This document shows, one piece after another, positions 11,040 to 24,453 of a stretch of 64,000 nucleotides of DNA. A program made the position numbers and the translations under genes. This stretch comes from Camelus ferus. Lineage: Eukaryota. The stretch covers positions 806,001-870,000 of the forward strand of contig NC_045696.1 of the NCBI RefSeq assembly GCF_009834535.1, given 5' to 3'. The notes below the pieces were generated by a model. The model had not been told where the DNA came from, did not search any database, and saw only the letters and a list, made by a program, of their open reading frames with translations. How positions within the stretch are numbered: position 1 is the first letter of the stretch; every line of letters starts with the position of its first letter.

Positions 11040-13470
11040 CAGGGGATTTTTATAAGATCCAGAATATGATAACACAGTGACCACAATTTCCAGGTTACAA
11101 ACAAAAATCACTTGCCATACCGAAAACTAGGAACATCTCAACACGAAAAGGAAAAGAAAATCAAGCAATGCTAGCACTGAGATGACAGAGATATTAGACG
11201 CCTCTGACAGGGGCTTTGAAGCAGCCGTCACAAAACGCTGCAGTGGGCATTTGTGAACATGCTTAAAGCAAATCTTTAAAAACCGCTGCAAGGAAAGAGG
11301 ACAACTGAAGAACCACCAACAAATTGCCGAAAATCAGTCGAATGAAATAGACAGTCTCAGCATGACTATAGCCACTAGAGACACAGAAACTTGCACTAAG
11401 AAGCTCCAGAAGAAAGAAATCTCCAGGTCCAAATGGTTTCCCTGGAGGATTTACCAAACATTTAAAAAAGGAATGAACATAAGCTTTAGATACTCTTTTA
11501 CAGAAAACAGATAGTGCCCTGATACCAAAACCAGAGATCAGACAGTAGAGAAAAAGAAAACATAGACTAATTTCTCTATGAACATCAACACAAGTAGATC
11601 AAAATTTTTTTCTAATTAGCAAATGAATCCAGCAATGCATAAAAGAATTATACACCATGGACGAGCAGGATTTACCAGATATATAAGGCTGCCTCCACAG
11701 TGACAAAAATCAGTCAATATAATCTACCGTGTCCACAAGCCAAAGCATTAAAACCACACAATTATACAATCCGATGTGTTAAAAAGCATTTGACAAAATT
11801 CAACATTTAATTCATGATAAAAAAAAATACCAGCAAGTTAAGAATAGAGGCAAATGATTGCGACTTGCTAGGCAGCATCTACAAAAACCCTCCAGGGAAC
11901 ATCACACGTGATGGTGGCAGACAGGATGCCGCCCCTAAGACTGGGCGGGCACGGCCGTCCCCCGCCGCCATCCACAGCCACTGCTCTTACTCAGCACGCC
12001 ACTCGAGTTCCAGCCACTGCACTAGGCAAGAAAAAAAATCAGAAGCAGATAGATCTCTAGCTGCAGATGATCTGATTTTCTACCAGGAAAATCTTGAGGA
12101 ATCTATAAAGCAGAACAAAACTCCTAGATCTAGCACATGCGTTCAGAATGGTGCAGACTACAACATACACAAAATTAACTGCATTTCTATGTACTAATGG
12201 TGAGCACACACAAACCAAAATTTAAAACAAATATCATTTAAAATCACTCAAAATAAAATGAAATGCTCAGGTCCATACTTAACAAAACTTATGAAGGATC
12301 CATATGCTGAAAACTGCAAAATGCTGATGAAATAAATCAAAGAAACCCAAATAAATGGAGGAACGTGACAGCCATTGGAAGACTCAATACGGTGAAGACA
12401 TCATTTCTCTCCAAATCCAACTGCAAGCTCAATGCAGTTCCTACCAAAGTCCCAGCGCGGTCTGTAGACGTAAACTTATTCCAGAATTTACATGGAAAGA
12501 GAAGGATAAAGCAGGAAGACCCCCTCGGTCTGGTAACAAGGCTCACTTTATAGCTACAGGATTCAAGAGAGTGTGGTGCTGGCATCGGGAGGGACCCGGA
12601 GGTCAGCGGACTAGAACAGAGAACCCAGAAGTGGACCCACCAGGGGCGGCTCGGCTCTGACAGGTAGAAAGCAGGTCCGGGGAGAAGGCATGGTCCCCCG
12701 ATGCAAGGCGCTGGGACACAGGCCCCTGGCCCTCAGTCTCACGCCTTCCACAAACACTAACTCAAAATGGGTGACCGATAAAATGAGCAAGAAACTACAA
12801 AATTTTTAGGAAAGAAAATAGAAAATCTCCAGGATCTGGGCTGGGCAAAGAGTTCTTAGACTTGACACAGAAAGCATGACCCATGAAAGAAAAAACTGAT
12901 AAACCGGACTTAATCAAAATTAAAACCTTTTGCTGTGCCGCACACCCTGGTAAGAGAATGAAAAGACAAGCTGCAGACTCGGGGAAAGTATTTGCAAACC
13001 ACACATCCTACAAGACTAGTACGCAGCCTACATTAAGGATACTCAAAACTCAACAGTGAACATTTAAAAACTCAGTTAGAAAATGAGCAAAAGACATGAA
13101 TGCCTATTTCCCCAAATTAATACAGGGGCAGCAAGCAAGCACGTGGCAGGGCGCTCAACGCCGTCAGCCACCGCGCAGATGCAAGGCCAGCCCACGAGGG
13201 CTGTCGCTCACACGCACCAGCACAGCTTAACCAGCAGGGCTAGCACCCAACGCCGGCCAGGGTGCGCAGGAGCTGGTCTCACACACGTTTCTGGTAGAAA
13301 CGTAAAACGGTGCGGCCACCCTGGAAAAAATCGTTTCTTATAAAACTAAACGTACACTTACTATACAGCCCAGCCATCGCGCTGTTGTGCGTTTGCTCCA
13401 GAGAAATAGAGCTCCGCGTTTAAACTCCCGCTGCAGCTGTATTTATGACAGCCCCCAACTGGAACCACGC
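11040..13470 (+). mobile_element. Old L1 (ORF1/ORF2 fragments with internal deletions)
   Basis: aaagcatttgacaaaattcaac, gaaaactgcaaaatgctgatga, tggaagactcaatac and gggcaaagagttcttagac motifs. Confidence 0.85.
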
Positions 13471-14979
13471 CCAGGGAAGCAGGGCCAAGGCCTTTTGGAG
13501 GCTCTTCCAGCCACAACATATGTCCACAGCTTGCTTTCGAGGGACCAAAGGAAGGTAGGGACCCCAGTCTGCAGGACACTGGGCCCAGGTGACAGACTGG
13601 AACCCAGCGAGGTGGGACCAAGCACAAGGGACACTGTGCTCAGGGAGGGACCACAGAGGAGCCCGAGGGACAGGAGGGTTTGTCACCACACAGTGTCGCC
13701 TAGACAGACATCACCCCAGCCACATGGGGCTGAGGGCAGTGCTGTCCCGTGAGGCTGGGACGGGAGGGTGGACCTCACCTCCAGGAGGGGACACTGGCTG
13801 AGAAACCTGGCCCCTCGGAAGTGTGTGGGAGGAGGGGCCGCCCTGAGGCCCGGGCCTCGGGAGCAGGTGGTCACTGTGCTCCTTCTGACACCCTGAGCTT
13901 TTGACAAAGCCTAGGAGCACACTGGGCCCAGTGGGGGGATGGGAAGCTGGCTGCCATCCTCAGCAAAGGTCCCCCACCACCTCCAGTCTGAAAGGCCCTC
14001 TGGCCAGGTTCACGCAGACCCACCCCCGGGGCCTCACACACCTTCTCCATCCGACTCACTGGCTCCAAAACATGACCCCAGCCCAGCGGCTAGCGGGCGG
14101 CAGGACTGGGTGGGGTGCAGACCTTCGCTTCTGCCCGTCTCCCAGGGCTGCCAACTCGGGTCAGCGCCTCCAGAGGGCTGAATTGTTCTGGGGGCCCAGG
14201 CCGAAGTGGGGGGCTCGTCATCGTCCTCCCCATGCCCCTGCACTGAGCTGCTGCCCCTCAGCTTCATGAGGGGACCTCCTGGGCCCCCATTTCCAGGGAC
14301 CCAAGGCCCCATCTCCTGCTGCCGTCAGCCCAAGCTCCCTGGAAGGGAAGCCCCGGGTCACGGAGGGGGCCAGACAGGTGCGGCCCAGGCCGGCCTCTGC
14401 CCGCTCCCCGCCCAAGCTCCCGCCCAGGCTCCCCTGTGTCCGTGCAGAGTCCTGCCAGCTCGCAGGCATGTCTGACAGGTGCCCTCACTACCTGACCAGC
14501 CTGGCTGGGGGAGGGGCTCTGTGCGGGGCGCGGGCAGGCCAGGACCGGGGGCCTCCCCGCAAGGCCGCTCCCTGCGCTGCAGCCTGGTCCTCACAGGTCA
14601 CCGGCCCTCCCTGGAGAGCACGCGCCGGCCTGAAGCAAGGAGGGGAAGGTGCGGCCTCCAGTGAGGTCGGGAGGCTGCAGGTGGAGGCGAGGCCGAGGCT
14701 CACGGATCACAGCTGCGGACAGATGGACGGACGGACATGCTCAGTCGCTGCCCCCCGCCACCCTCAAGCTCGCAGACAGGCAGCCACACCTGGAGCGGGG
14801 TCCTGACATGGGTACGCGGGCTTCTCCAAGGAGGTGCAAGAGGATGTTGGCCAACAGAGCCCCCAAACTCAAGCGGGGGGGAAGCACTTCCCATCTGGGA
14901 GTTCTGGAAGCCTTCAGTCTCCCCTTAGGGAACCGGAACCCTCAAGGTGAAAGGGTGTGAGTTTACCCAGCAAAATTAT

Positions 14980-14998
14980 CAGCCACTAGGTGGCAGCA
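14980..14998 (+). promoter_or_regulatory. Predicted CTCF binding site
   Basis: cagCCACTAGGTGGCAGca closely matches the CTCF core CCASYAGRKGGCRS and sits in a locally AT-richer unique patch. Confidence 0.6.
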
Positions 14999-17900
14999 GA
15001 ATTCCACCGGCCTAATCTCAGGTCTTCAAAGAAAAAGATTCTCTGAAGGATTCTCAGAAACAGACTAGGAACATATCGGACCAAACCCAGCCCACGGCCC
15101 ATGTCTGCGGTTCACAGGCACGCCCACCTCACGGGCAGAGCTGAGCGGACGCTACAAAGGCTGCGCGGCCCACAATCCCAAACTGTCTCCTCCGGCATTC
15201 CAGACGGCACGTGCTGACCCGGCTCTGACTCGCGGTGTCCTGACGACAAGCACGGCCCCTCTTCTGATGACCAGCCACGGGCATAAGGGGGGAGGCTCAG
15301 GAAGCCAGCCCAGGGCCCAGTGTGCCGGGAACACCGCAGGGGTCCCCGAGTGCACAACTGGCTGGGACACTTAGCAGCCGCCAGATGCCCCCTGTCCTCT
15401 GGTCTCGGAGGAAGACATCGAGGTAGAGAGGCCAAGTGTGGCCCCTGGAAACCTGGCCTCCCCAGCGAGGCAGCACGCGGGAGGAGCCGCAGAGTCAGAG
15501 CCACCACGAAGGACTTCGGGGCTCAGGGCCGGGGATCCCGGGAGCCCCTTCCCAGTCTCCACTGTGAAAAGCAGGCGGACCATGGCCGACACCCTGGGCT
15601 GCCGTGTGGCCTCTGACTGGTCCCAGACACTCGCCTGGGAACACCCCTCCCAGGTCGCGCACTACGGGGGATGGAGTTCAGCTGCTCTCCTGGAGGAGCG
15701 AACAGCCCCGCTCACGCTGCAGGGACCTGTACATGTTTCTGACAGCACACACTGCACACCCGGCCACTTTATGGTGGCACTTTCTACGTGGACACGGTGA
15801 GCAGGAAACAGCAAGATGTCCAGATGCTCTGGGGGCACGGGGCCAGAGGCTGGGGGAGTTAAAGATCTCAGGGCCGGTGCATCAGCACGAGCATGGGACA
15901 TGCCGCTTCAGGACAGTGCAGATGTCTCGGCTCTGGGGCAGGCCGCACCCCCGTGACAGAGACCACTGTGTTCCTGGACCCACGTGCAACGTTGCCCAGC
16001 CTGTGCAGGCCCCACCAGGTCACCTCGACCTAAGGCCAGGCACACTTGGCACTGGACACAGGCAGGCCAAGAATGGGTGCCCAGGCCCTCTGTCACCCCC
16101 GCTGGACTGATGTCTCTGCTTCGGCCCACACCTCATGATGGCCGGCTTCGCAGAGCACTCAGTACACCAGCTCACGGGGAGGGAGAGGGTGGAGTGGCGG
16201 TCTGCACTGAGGGGAAGGTCTCGCAGTGGGGAGGTAACCATCCTGACTCCAATTCCAGGGGGAGGAGGTTCCCACCCCAAGCAACTCTGCCCCCCCAGCC
16301 AGTGTATGCTGTATGAGTACCTCCGTCACGTCCGGGAGCAGAGCACTCCAGCTGGCCGGGCATGTGCAGAGGCCCTGGGGTGGGAGTGGGGAGAGGGCCA
16401 GGGCAGTAAGAGCTCAGGTGATGGGCCTTCCAGGTCTTCAAGGAACTCCACCTGCTTCCAGAACTAACTCCACCACCGCACAGCCTGTCCCAAGGAGGAG
16501 GGCCAGGGCTCGCTCAGGGAGCGAGGATGTTTGAACAGTTTTGGGGAGGCTCAGCTAAGCCTGTCATGCCTGGGCCTTCAGTTGAGAACATCTGATCTGT
16601 GGTCCCCTCCCGCGGATGGTGTCCCCTGGTTAATGGTCCGCGCCTGTCTCCCACCAGGAGTTTCTGGCAGGTGGAGACCACGCCTGGCACCTCTCGGTCC
16701 GGCAGCATTGGCCAGCACGTGGGAGTCGCTCAAGCCGAGTGCCTGGCCAGACATTCACGGGCAGGTCCCACCCTCGGCTGCAGTGTCACCATCCTCCTCA
16801 GCTGGCCACCATGTCCCAGATTATGAATTTCAGCTTATTTCCACAAGTGGATAGGGCCTCCAGGCTGCACTCCAGAGGGAGGTGGGCACAGACCCCGAGG
16901 GCAGCCCGGAGTCCACCCAGAGCCCTGGCCTCCCTGCCCCATGCCGCTCTCCACATGTCAGGGAGAAGCTCAAAGTCCCCAGGTCACGAGGACCAGGTCC
17001 CCTGGCACCTGCGTCACTCGCTCCCCAGCTACGTCTACCTTCGTCACTGGACACTGGTCCCTCTTCATCACCCGTGTTCTCCAGCTGCAGACCTCAGTGA
17101 ATGGCTTGCTCGGGCAGCTCTCTGCTCTGCTCACATCAAGGCTGCACTGACCTGGCCCTCTGAGGCCCCGCACCCTGGCACCCAGCTCGCTCCTGCCCTT
17201 AGGGGTCGGCCTGTCACCACGCAGCCACCCAGCCCACGACTTCACCTTGAACCCCAACGGTCCCCGGTCTCCCAAGTGGTCCCTGTGCCCACCCAGAAGG
17301 TGACTGCACCCCTCCTTGTCTGCCAGTGCGCCCAGGCACACCTGGGGACACACCTCTCTTCCAGCTTGCCTGAGCCACAGAAGCCTCTGTCCAAACATGG
17401 CTTCCTGCAAATGCTCGACGTGTGAGTCAGTTTGAGCATGCCACCTCGAGACACAGACACCCTGCACCTCCCAGAACGTTCCGGAAAGCAGTGCAGGGAG
17501 GGGAAGACGCAAGGACCGACAGCCAGGGTCCCGAGGAGCAGTGCTGCTGGGTCTGGAAAACGTGTGGTTCCACCCCGACCCCGCGAGGCAGCAGATGAGA
17601 AGGTGTCCTGAAAGGGACTGGGTGCAGCAGCGCCTCAGTGCCCGCGCTAGCACCCCCCCCCCCACTCGCGTCTCCGTTAGCTCAACGTGGAATAAAGCGC
17701 ACCTCGGGCACCGTGCAGGCTGCCGCCAGCCCTTCTCGCTCCCGCGGCTCGCATTCAGGTAAACTGCCCTTTCCAAAATGCTTCTGTGAAGATGGTTTCC
17801 CCAAGATGCCAGCAAAACCCGCTGGGCCCAGCCATGGCCTTGGTGAGCACAGGACACACGGCAGGAGACCTGCCCTCCACGCCGCAGGTGAGTGCTTGCC

Positions 17901-17999
17901 ATCTCAGAGAGCAGGAACACCAAGGCTGGACCACAAGGCAAGAAGATGGGACAGGCCCTCCTCATCCCCAATGCTGCTCAGCTCCCTGCTCAGCCTGCA

Positions 18000-20280
18000 G
18001 ACACTGCCACTTTAAAAACCTATAAAAGGGATGCACTCAAAAACATTACAGATAAATCAAAATGGAATTCTAAAAAACAATGGTCAAGTAACCCAAAGGA
18101 GGCGGGAGGAGTACACAGAAAAACAAAAACCAGAGCAAACAAACACAAAACAAACAGTAAAATGGCAGCCCTCAGCCCTAACGTAGCAATAATTATTACA
18201 TTATGCTATAAATGGTCTAAATACACCAATAAAAGACAGAGATTGGCAGAAGGTATTAAAGAAAAAAAAAAGACCCAACTATTTGCAGTCCAAGCAAACA
18301 TTCTTTCTTAAAAACCAGGAATGGCTACAGGAACGCCAGATGCGGCAGACTTCAGAGCAAAGACAACAGGCAGGGACAAAGAAATCATTTCATAGCGATG
18401 AAAAAAGTCTCTCCATGAAAAGTGAGCAGCCCTAAATATCTGTGCACCGAAAAACAAAGCACAAAATCCATGAAAGACTGACAGCAAAGGAAAAACAGAC
18501 AAAGAAAGCCACATTTACATTGGAGATTTCAAGACCCCACCTCTCAACAACTGGCAAGACAAGGGAACAGAAAATCACCAACAACACAGGAGGACTTAAC
18601 ACCATCCCCAAATGAGGCGGCTGACGCTGCAGATCACTCCAGCCCACGGCAGCGGAGCACACGTTCTTCTCAAGCACCTGCGAACATTCACCCAGACAGC
18701 TTGCAGCCGGGGCCGTGAAGCTCATCTCAGCACATTTGCAAGAATTAAAATCACACAGAGTGCATTCTCTGAGTACAATTAAATCAAATCAGATCAATAG
18801 CTGAAAGATAACAGGATCGTCTCTAAACACTTGGAAATAACACAACACACCTCTGGATAATCCATGGACAAGAGGGAACCGCAAGCGAAATTTAACATAT
18901 ACAATGAACTGAACGAAAATGAAAACACAGTGTACCCAAACGTGTGGACCACGGCTAAAGCAGGACTGAGACGGAAATTTCAGGACTAAGCGCTTAACTT
19001 AGAAAAGGTAAGTGGCTTCTGCTTTAAGAAGCGAGAAGTAAAGCAAACGAAGCCCAAAGCACTGGGAGGGAGGCGTGGCGGGCAGAGCAACCCCTGCCCC
19101 AGAGATGCCGCCCCGAGCCCCGGGAAGTGTGAACTGCCCTCAGTGGCAGAGGGACTCTGCAGGTGGGACTGAGGTTACAGGCCTCGAAACAGGGAGGTTA
19201 TCCTGGGTTATCTGGGCAGGCCCAGTACAACCACCTGAGTTCTTTAAGGTGGAGAACCTTCTGAGCTGCCTCAGAGGGAAAAGTGATGCTGGAAGAAAGG
19301 TCAGAGAGAGATGCTGAGGTGTCGAGGTGCCAGGGTGGGAGGGAGAGGGGCTGGGAGAAGCAAGGAAGTGAACTCTCCCCGAGCCTCCAGAAAGGGGTGC
19401 AGGGTGGCCAGGCCCTGGCCTGAGCCCAGTGGGCCCGTGCTGGGCCCCGTGCTGGGGTCCGCTCTGCAGACAGCTGGGAGTCTGAGGTAATATCCTCAGG
19501 CAGCCATAGGAAATGGCTACAGCAGGAATAACAAACATGAATGGAAACCGATGGAAACACAGACAAACAATAAAGAAAAATAAAATAAGTTCATAACCTT
19601 TAAACTGAAAACCCTCCGATAAAGACAAAAGGAGAGAAAACAAAAGTCCCAAATAGCAGTTGCCCCTGTGGACCCTGCGGACATCAAAATGGCAACCTGG
19701 GGTTACAATGATGAACTCCATCAGCCCGCACATATCAGCTCAGGTGAATGGGAAGTTTCAAAAACCACAGCCTCCAGAATTGACACAGACTAAGAACGGA
19801 TGTGGACACAGCTGTAGATATCGAAAAAGTTGAATTTGTTGGCAAATCCCTTCCCACCAAGGAGACTCTAAACACTGGGAAATTCTGCCAAACGTATGAA
19901 GATGTCATAACTCCAGTCTCACACAAACTGCTTCAGAAAAATAGAGGAAGAAGAAATAATTCCAAAGTCATCATACAAAGCAAGCGTAACTCTGATTTTA
20001 AAATCTGATGAAGATACGAGAAAAATGAAAATTGCACACCAGTCTCTTTCATGACCGTATGTGTAAGCCCCTCACAAAAGTATCAGCAAGGAAAATCCAA
20101 GAATCGTGACCAAATAGCGTTTACACCGGGAATGCAAAGTTGGTTTCACACTTGCAAAATCGATCAGTATAATTCACCATATTAACGGGATACAGCAGAA
20201 AATTATCATTTCAGGAGATGCAGGGAAAATCACCTGACAAAATTCAGCACCATGCCTGATAAAAACCCCCAACAAACACA
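18000..20280 (+). mobile_element. Old L1 (ORF2 endonuclease to RT region), interrupted by MLT1
   Basis: aaatggtctaaatacaccaataaaagacagagattggcaga, ttggagatttcaagaccccac, gggaatgcaaagttggttt and tgacaaaattcagcacc motifs. Confidence 0.88.
19074..19521 (+). mobile_element. MaLR LTR (MLT1D/E-like)
   Basis: gggactctgcaggtgggactgagg, gaggttatcctgggttatctgggcaggccc, ctctccccgagcctccagaa and the end gcagccataggaaatggctaca. Confidence 0.8.
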
Positions 20281-21654
20281 ACTTTTTCTGGTACGCGACC
20301 ACTCTTGCTTCCAAAGGCACCAAGCTGACTGCTCACACGTGGTGGCGTTTAGGACTGGGCCCAGGCGCAGCCACTGGGGTTGACCTACTGTCCGGTGGGA
20401 GCCAGTGTAGGAGCTGGAGGACAGACAGACGTGGTCCTTGGGGAAGCGGAGGCTGCGGGGGAGACCCGCTCGCCCTGCTGGCCCCGGAGGGTGCTTTCCA
20501 AGTGAGGTGCAGAGCTGGTAGGTGCTGGGACTGCTGTCAGCTCTAGAGAAGGTATCCCCAAACCTGTGTGAAGTCCTAATCTGTGTCTGCAGAAAGGGAC
20601 ACTCTGAGACCCTGGGAGGGCCGCCGGGAGGCGCAGGTCACACTGACAGCGCAGCAGGAGGGCCCCGGTGAGCAGACCAAGCTTTCCGCTGAAGCTGCTG
20701 TAAGGGTCCGGGGAGGGGGGCAATGGCCCAGGACCCAGCAACATGGACACAGACAGACGATGCCCTAACAAAGCCTGAATCCAGTCCTGAGAGCGTCACG
20801 GGGACCCTGGCCCCTTCAGTCCCCCGTAGAACAAACGGGGACGGGGGGAACCCTAAAACACTTCACCAGTGATGCCCAGCACACAACAGGAGTCCCTGGA
20901 TGTGCAGTGAGCAGCGAATAGTCAACAGGACCCAGACGTGATCTAGACATTAACGTCAGCAGACAAGACTCGAAATAGCCCTGGCGATTATGTAATGAAA
21001 AAGAAAGGGAAAGGTGGAAAAAAACGGACGTGGGCTATCCCAACCAAGAATGAAAAGGTAAAGAAAAATGCATTCTAAACCTGAAAATTACAAAATCTGA
21101 AAGAAAAAACTCTCTGTGTGGGGCTCCCAGGAGGCTGGACGTAGCAGAAGGCCAGGGCAGTAAACTGGAAAAGCGGTCAACAGAAAAGGTCCAAATGAAG
21201 AACAGAAAGGGGAAAAAAGGTTAGGGAAAACTGAAGAACAGAGAAACAAAAAATCCAGAAAAGAACCTAAGATGGAGATACACAGAAAGTGTTTACCCAA
21301 ATATACGTAACAGTTTAAAAACAACAGTGACAATGTTGTTACTAACACTTAGTCTACGGAACTACTTTATTTCCCTTAGGACATATTCCACTTGGGATTC
21401 AGAGTTACGACCGCCATGTTATGAAGGCATCTGAAGCAATGTTTTCCTGCGTGGTTGCCTCACCAACTCGATACACATTCACGTATTTAATTCAGGGCTG
21501 AAATGAACAGCCGTCTGCGTGTCTACTCCGTGCCTGTTGGTCACGCCTATTTTTGCCAGCGATGCTCTGCGGGAGGGCCCGAGAACAGGACCACCAGACA
21601 AAGGGTAAACGCGGGGGAAAGTTCTCTAGATGTTGACAAGCCCCCCCGAAAGCA

Positions 21655-21870
21655 CTGTATCAGCCCAGGCAGCCGCCATACACCACCACAGACTGGGCAG
21701 CTTGCAGCAGAAACTTATTTTCTCACAGCCTGGAGGCCGGAGGTCTGAGATCAGAGTCTGGACAGGACTGGCTTCCCCAAGGCCTCTCCCCTTGGCGCAT
21801 GGATGGCTGCCTTCTCCCCGTGTCCCCCCGTGATCATTTCTCCTGTGCAAACATGTTTCCATTTTCCAAA
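21655..21870 (-). mobile_element. MaLR LTR fragment (MLT1A/B-like)
   Basis: ccacagactgggcagcttgcagcagaaacttattttctcacagcctggaggccggaggtctgagatca. Confidence 0.8.
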
Positions 21871-22540
21871 TCAATCTGAGAAGCTCTGTTCTGAAATAGG
21901 ATAGTTTAATGGTTGCTTATTTTGAAATAGCAGGGTTTAATAATGTCCGTTTATTATCTGTAGGTTTATAAGTCATCCTACTTGTCAACTCCTCCTTACG
22001 ATTTTTTTGTTTCCTTATTTAATGTTTTTGGCTCATGTGAAATATCTTTTCACCTACACTCAGGTATGAGTGCTGAGCTAGGTCCTAGATATTTTGTTCA
22101 TTATCTTCTTCAGTAACTTAGAAGATATTCACCCTCTTTCCCTCTAATCCTTCTTTTAAACAGGACCTAAAATGGAAACAGAATCTTTCCCCCCATCATT
22201 TAGAATCAGGGAAAAAAGGAAACTGGATGACGCAGTGCCCTCGCTCAAACCAGCAGCGCTGCCTTGCCCAAGCCCACGCGTCTGAAGACTGTGATCACCG
22301 CAGGGACTGCTCTGTGACTCCAAGTGACCTCAGCCCTTGTTCATCTGAGAGCCAGAAAGACCCTGGTTGGGCCTGAAGTCACCCCAGGAAGCTGGTCCCC
22401 CTGGAGAGGGTGCAGTGTGTTCCCAGGCCTCGGGGGTGCCCCTCAGTGAAAGGTCTGATGTGGCACCCCCGACCCGGGGGCCGAGGGACAGCCCTGCCTG
22501 TGGCCTGTGTGGCGCGCCTGTGGTGCGAGGGCAGGGCCTA

Positions 22541-22596
22541 GACGAGGGGGCCTGGACGAGGGGGCCTGGACGAGGGGGCCTGGACGAGGGGGACTG
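22541..22596 (+). repeat. 14-bp tandem repeat x4 (gacgagggggcctg)
   Basis: Units start at 22541, 22555, 22569 and 22583; the last has one mismatch. Confidence 0.95.
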
Positions 22597-22959
22597 GGAG
22601 AGAGGCCCTGACTGCTGCTCTCTTCTTGGTGACTTCGCTGCACCCCAGGTGACACCCCCACCCCGCCCCCAGCCCCAGGGCAGGAGACAAGCCTCAAATC
22701 AGTTCGCCAAGGGCCCAGGGGCACGGCCTCCTGACCGTGGCGGGCTGGTCCTCGAGCTGGGTCTCAGCGGCGTGGGGGCTGGAGGCGGCAGAGAGGAAGT
22801 TCCACGAACCCATGTTGCAGGGTCCTGTGGACAGTCACTCATTTTCAACACGTGACTCGCAGGAAGTTGCTACTCTAGGGAGAGACACTGAGTTGCTGGG
22901 GGGCAGGGACGGGCCAGGCTCTGGGCACAGAGCCCGGTCCCTCCAGGGCCTCCGAGCCA

Positions 22960-23850
22960 GGCTGTGCCACAGAGCTGCCCCCGCCCCGCCCCCGCCCCGC
23001 CGCCTTCCCACTTGCCCTTTGGTACCTGGAAGCTCATGTCACCCAAAACTCCAAGACAACGCGCAGCCATGGGCAGGGCCACCCCAGGGAGAAGAAGAGC
23101 GCGGAGAGGGATGGGAGCCTGTACAACTCGGCCAGGGAGCGGCGGCGGGAAGTGGGGACGCGATGCAGGGGCTGGGCTGCGTGGGGCCGCGGTGGGCCTG
23201 TAGGGGCCCAGGTCGTCGGGGTTGAGAGTGGGGAGTGAACTGGGGCACAAAACTGCCCTGCACCTGGCGCCGGGCGTCCCGGCCATCCGATGGCCCTGAC
23301 CAGCTCGAGAAGGGTCAAGGGGGGGAGAGGCAGGGACCCTGGCAGGAAAGGAAAGAGCACCGAATGTGGGAGACAAGCAGAGTCCAGGGGGAGACAGACG
23401 GACGGATGGACAGATGGAGGAGGGAGCGAGGACGGAGGAGGAGGGAGGATGGAGGCTGAGGGGGAGTGAAAATGAACCAAAAGGTGAGAGGCAGAAGCGC
23501 CGAGGTGGCGGCTCCCACGGCTCCCCGCGCCCTGTGCTTCCAGAAACTTCCAGAAACGGCCGAGTGAGAGCGCCCCTCAGGCCCGCGGCCGCGGGGACCG
23601 CCCGGCCATCACAGGGCGGCGGGTGGACGGGAGGGCACCAGCCTTCCACACAGCTACCCCTGGGGGCGCCGGCAGCCTTCACTCCCTGCACACGTGTAAC
23701 TTCTAGGTGGAAGTGTGGTCTGTGCTCCCAGCTTCTGGGAGACCGCGTGACCTGCAGGGCGACCACGTTCACACGTGAGCACCCACTGCGAGGGGAGAGA
23801 AGGGCCCCTTGGGAGCCCTGCTTGCGGTCAGTGGCGGACGGAGGGCAGGG
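22960..23850. promoter_or_regulatory. CpG island-like region with GC-box cluster
   Basis: ccccgccccgcccccgccccgcc (~22978-23000), CpG-dense 23500-23670 and a purine-rich tract at 23320-23490. Confidence 0.4.
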
Positions 23851-24429
23851 CACATTCTAACCCCACATCATCCTGCAGAGGGAGTCTGGAAACACGCCGC
23901 AAGCCAGCAGTCAAGTCTGCCACCCCGTCAGGCACCCTTCCAGCCCTGTTCCCTGGGGCACCTCTCTGCGCCTGGGGGTCCTCCCTCGGTGCCACGGTGA
24001 CCTTCTCAGGCTAGACCTCCCCCTCCCCAGAGGAAGGGAAGAGCTCCAGGAGGAGGGTCCACCCAGCTCAGTGACCCCCAGACCACCAGGCCAGGGTAAG
24101 GGGCCTTGGGAGAGGACAGTCCTGGCCTGGGCGGAGCGGGGCCCTCGGGAGCTCCTAGGGACTCTCCTCAAACCACAGCCACAGCAGAAAGTCCACGCTT
24201 CATCCAGGGACAGAGCACCGGATGCCCAGAGAAGCCTCAGTGCCTGATCGGGGCTCCGGACCAGGCCCGCCAGGGCTCGGGATGCCGGAGGCGCAGCGGG
24301 AACTCTGACCCTCAGTGACCAGGGCAGTGACTCACATCAGGATGCCCTCCGAGCCAGGGGCTTGGGCACAACGCTCCCTTCATGAGAGGGCTCATCAGAT
24401 TTAGTTTGAAAAAGGTTTTAATTTCTCAC

Positions 24430-24453
24430 CACAGTCTTTCAAAGCTAGAGAAA
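24430..24453 (-). other. Candidate microexon (15 or 24 nt)
   Basis: Minus strand: gctaac..cttaac..gtgtgcctctgtctctctggttttag|TTTCTCTAG|CTTTGAAAGACTGTG|gtgaga. Confidence 0.4.

Noticed and set aside
16970..17971. 333-aa minus-strand ORF (also 1231-2115, 22870-23853, 34441-35202, 61405-62199, 62854-63936, 63245-63994)
   Set aside because: These are Pro/Gly/Arg/Ala-rich with no recognisable domain and overlap ORFs in many frames. This is expected from stop-codon scarcity at high GC.
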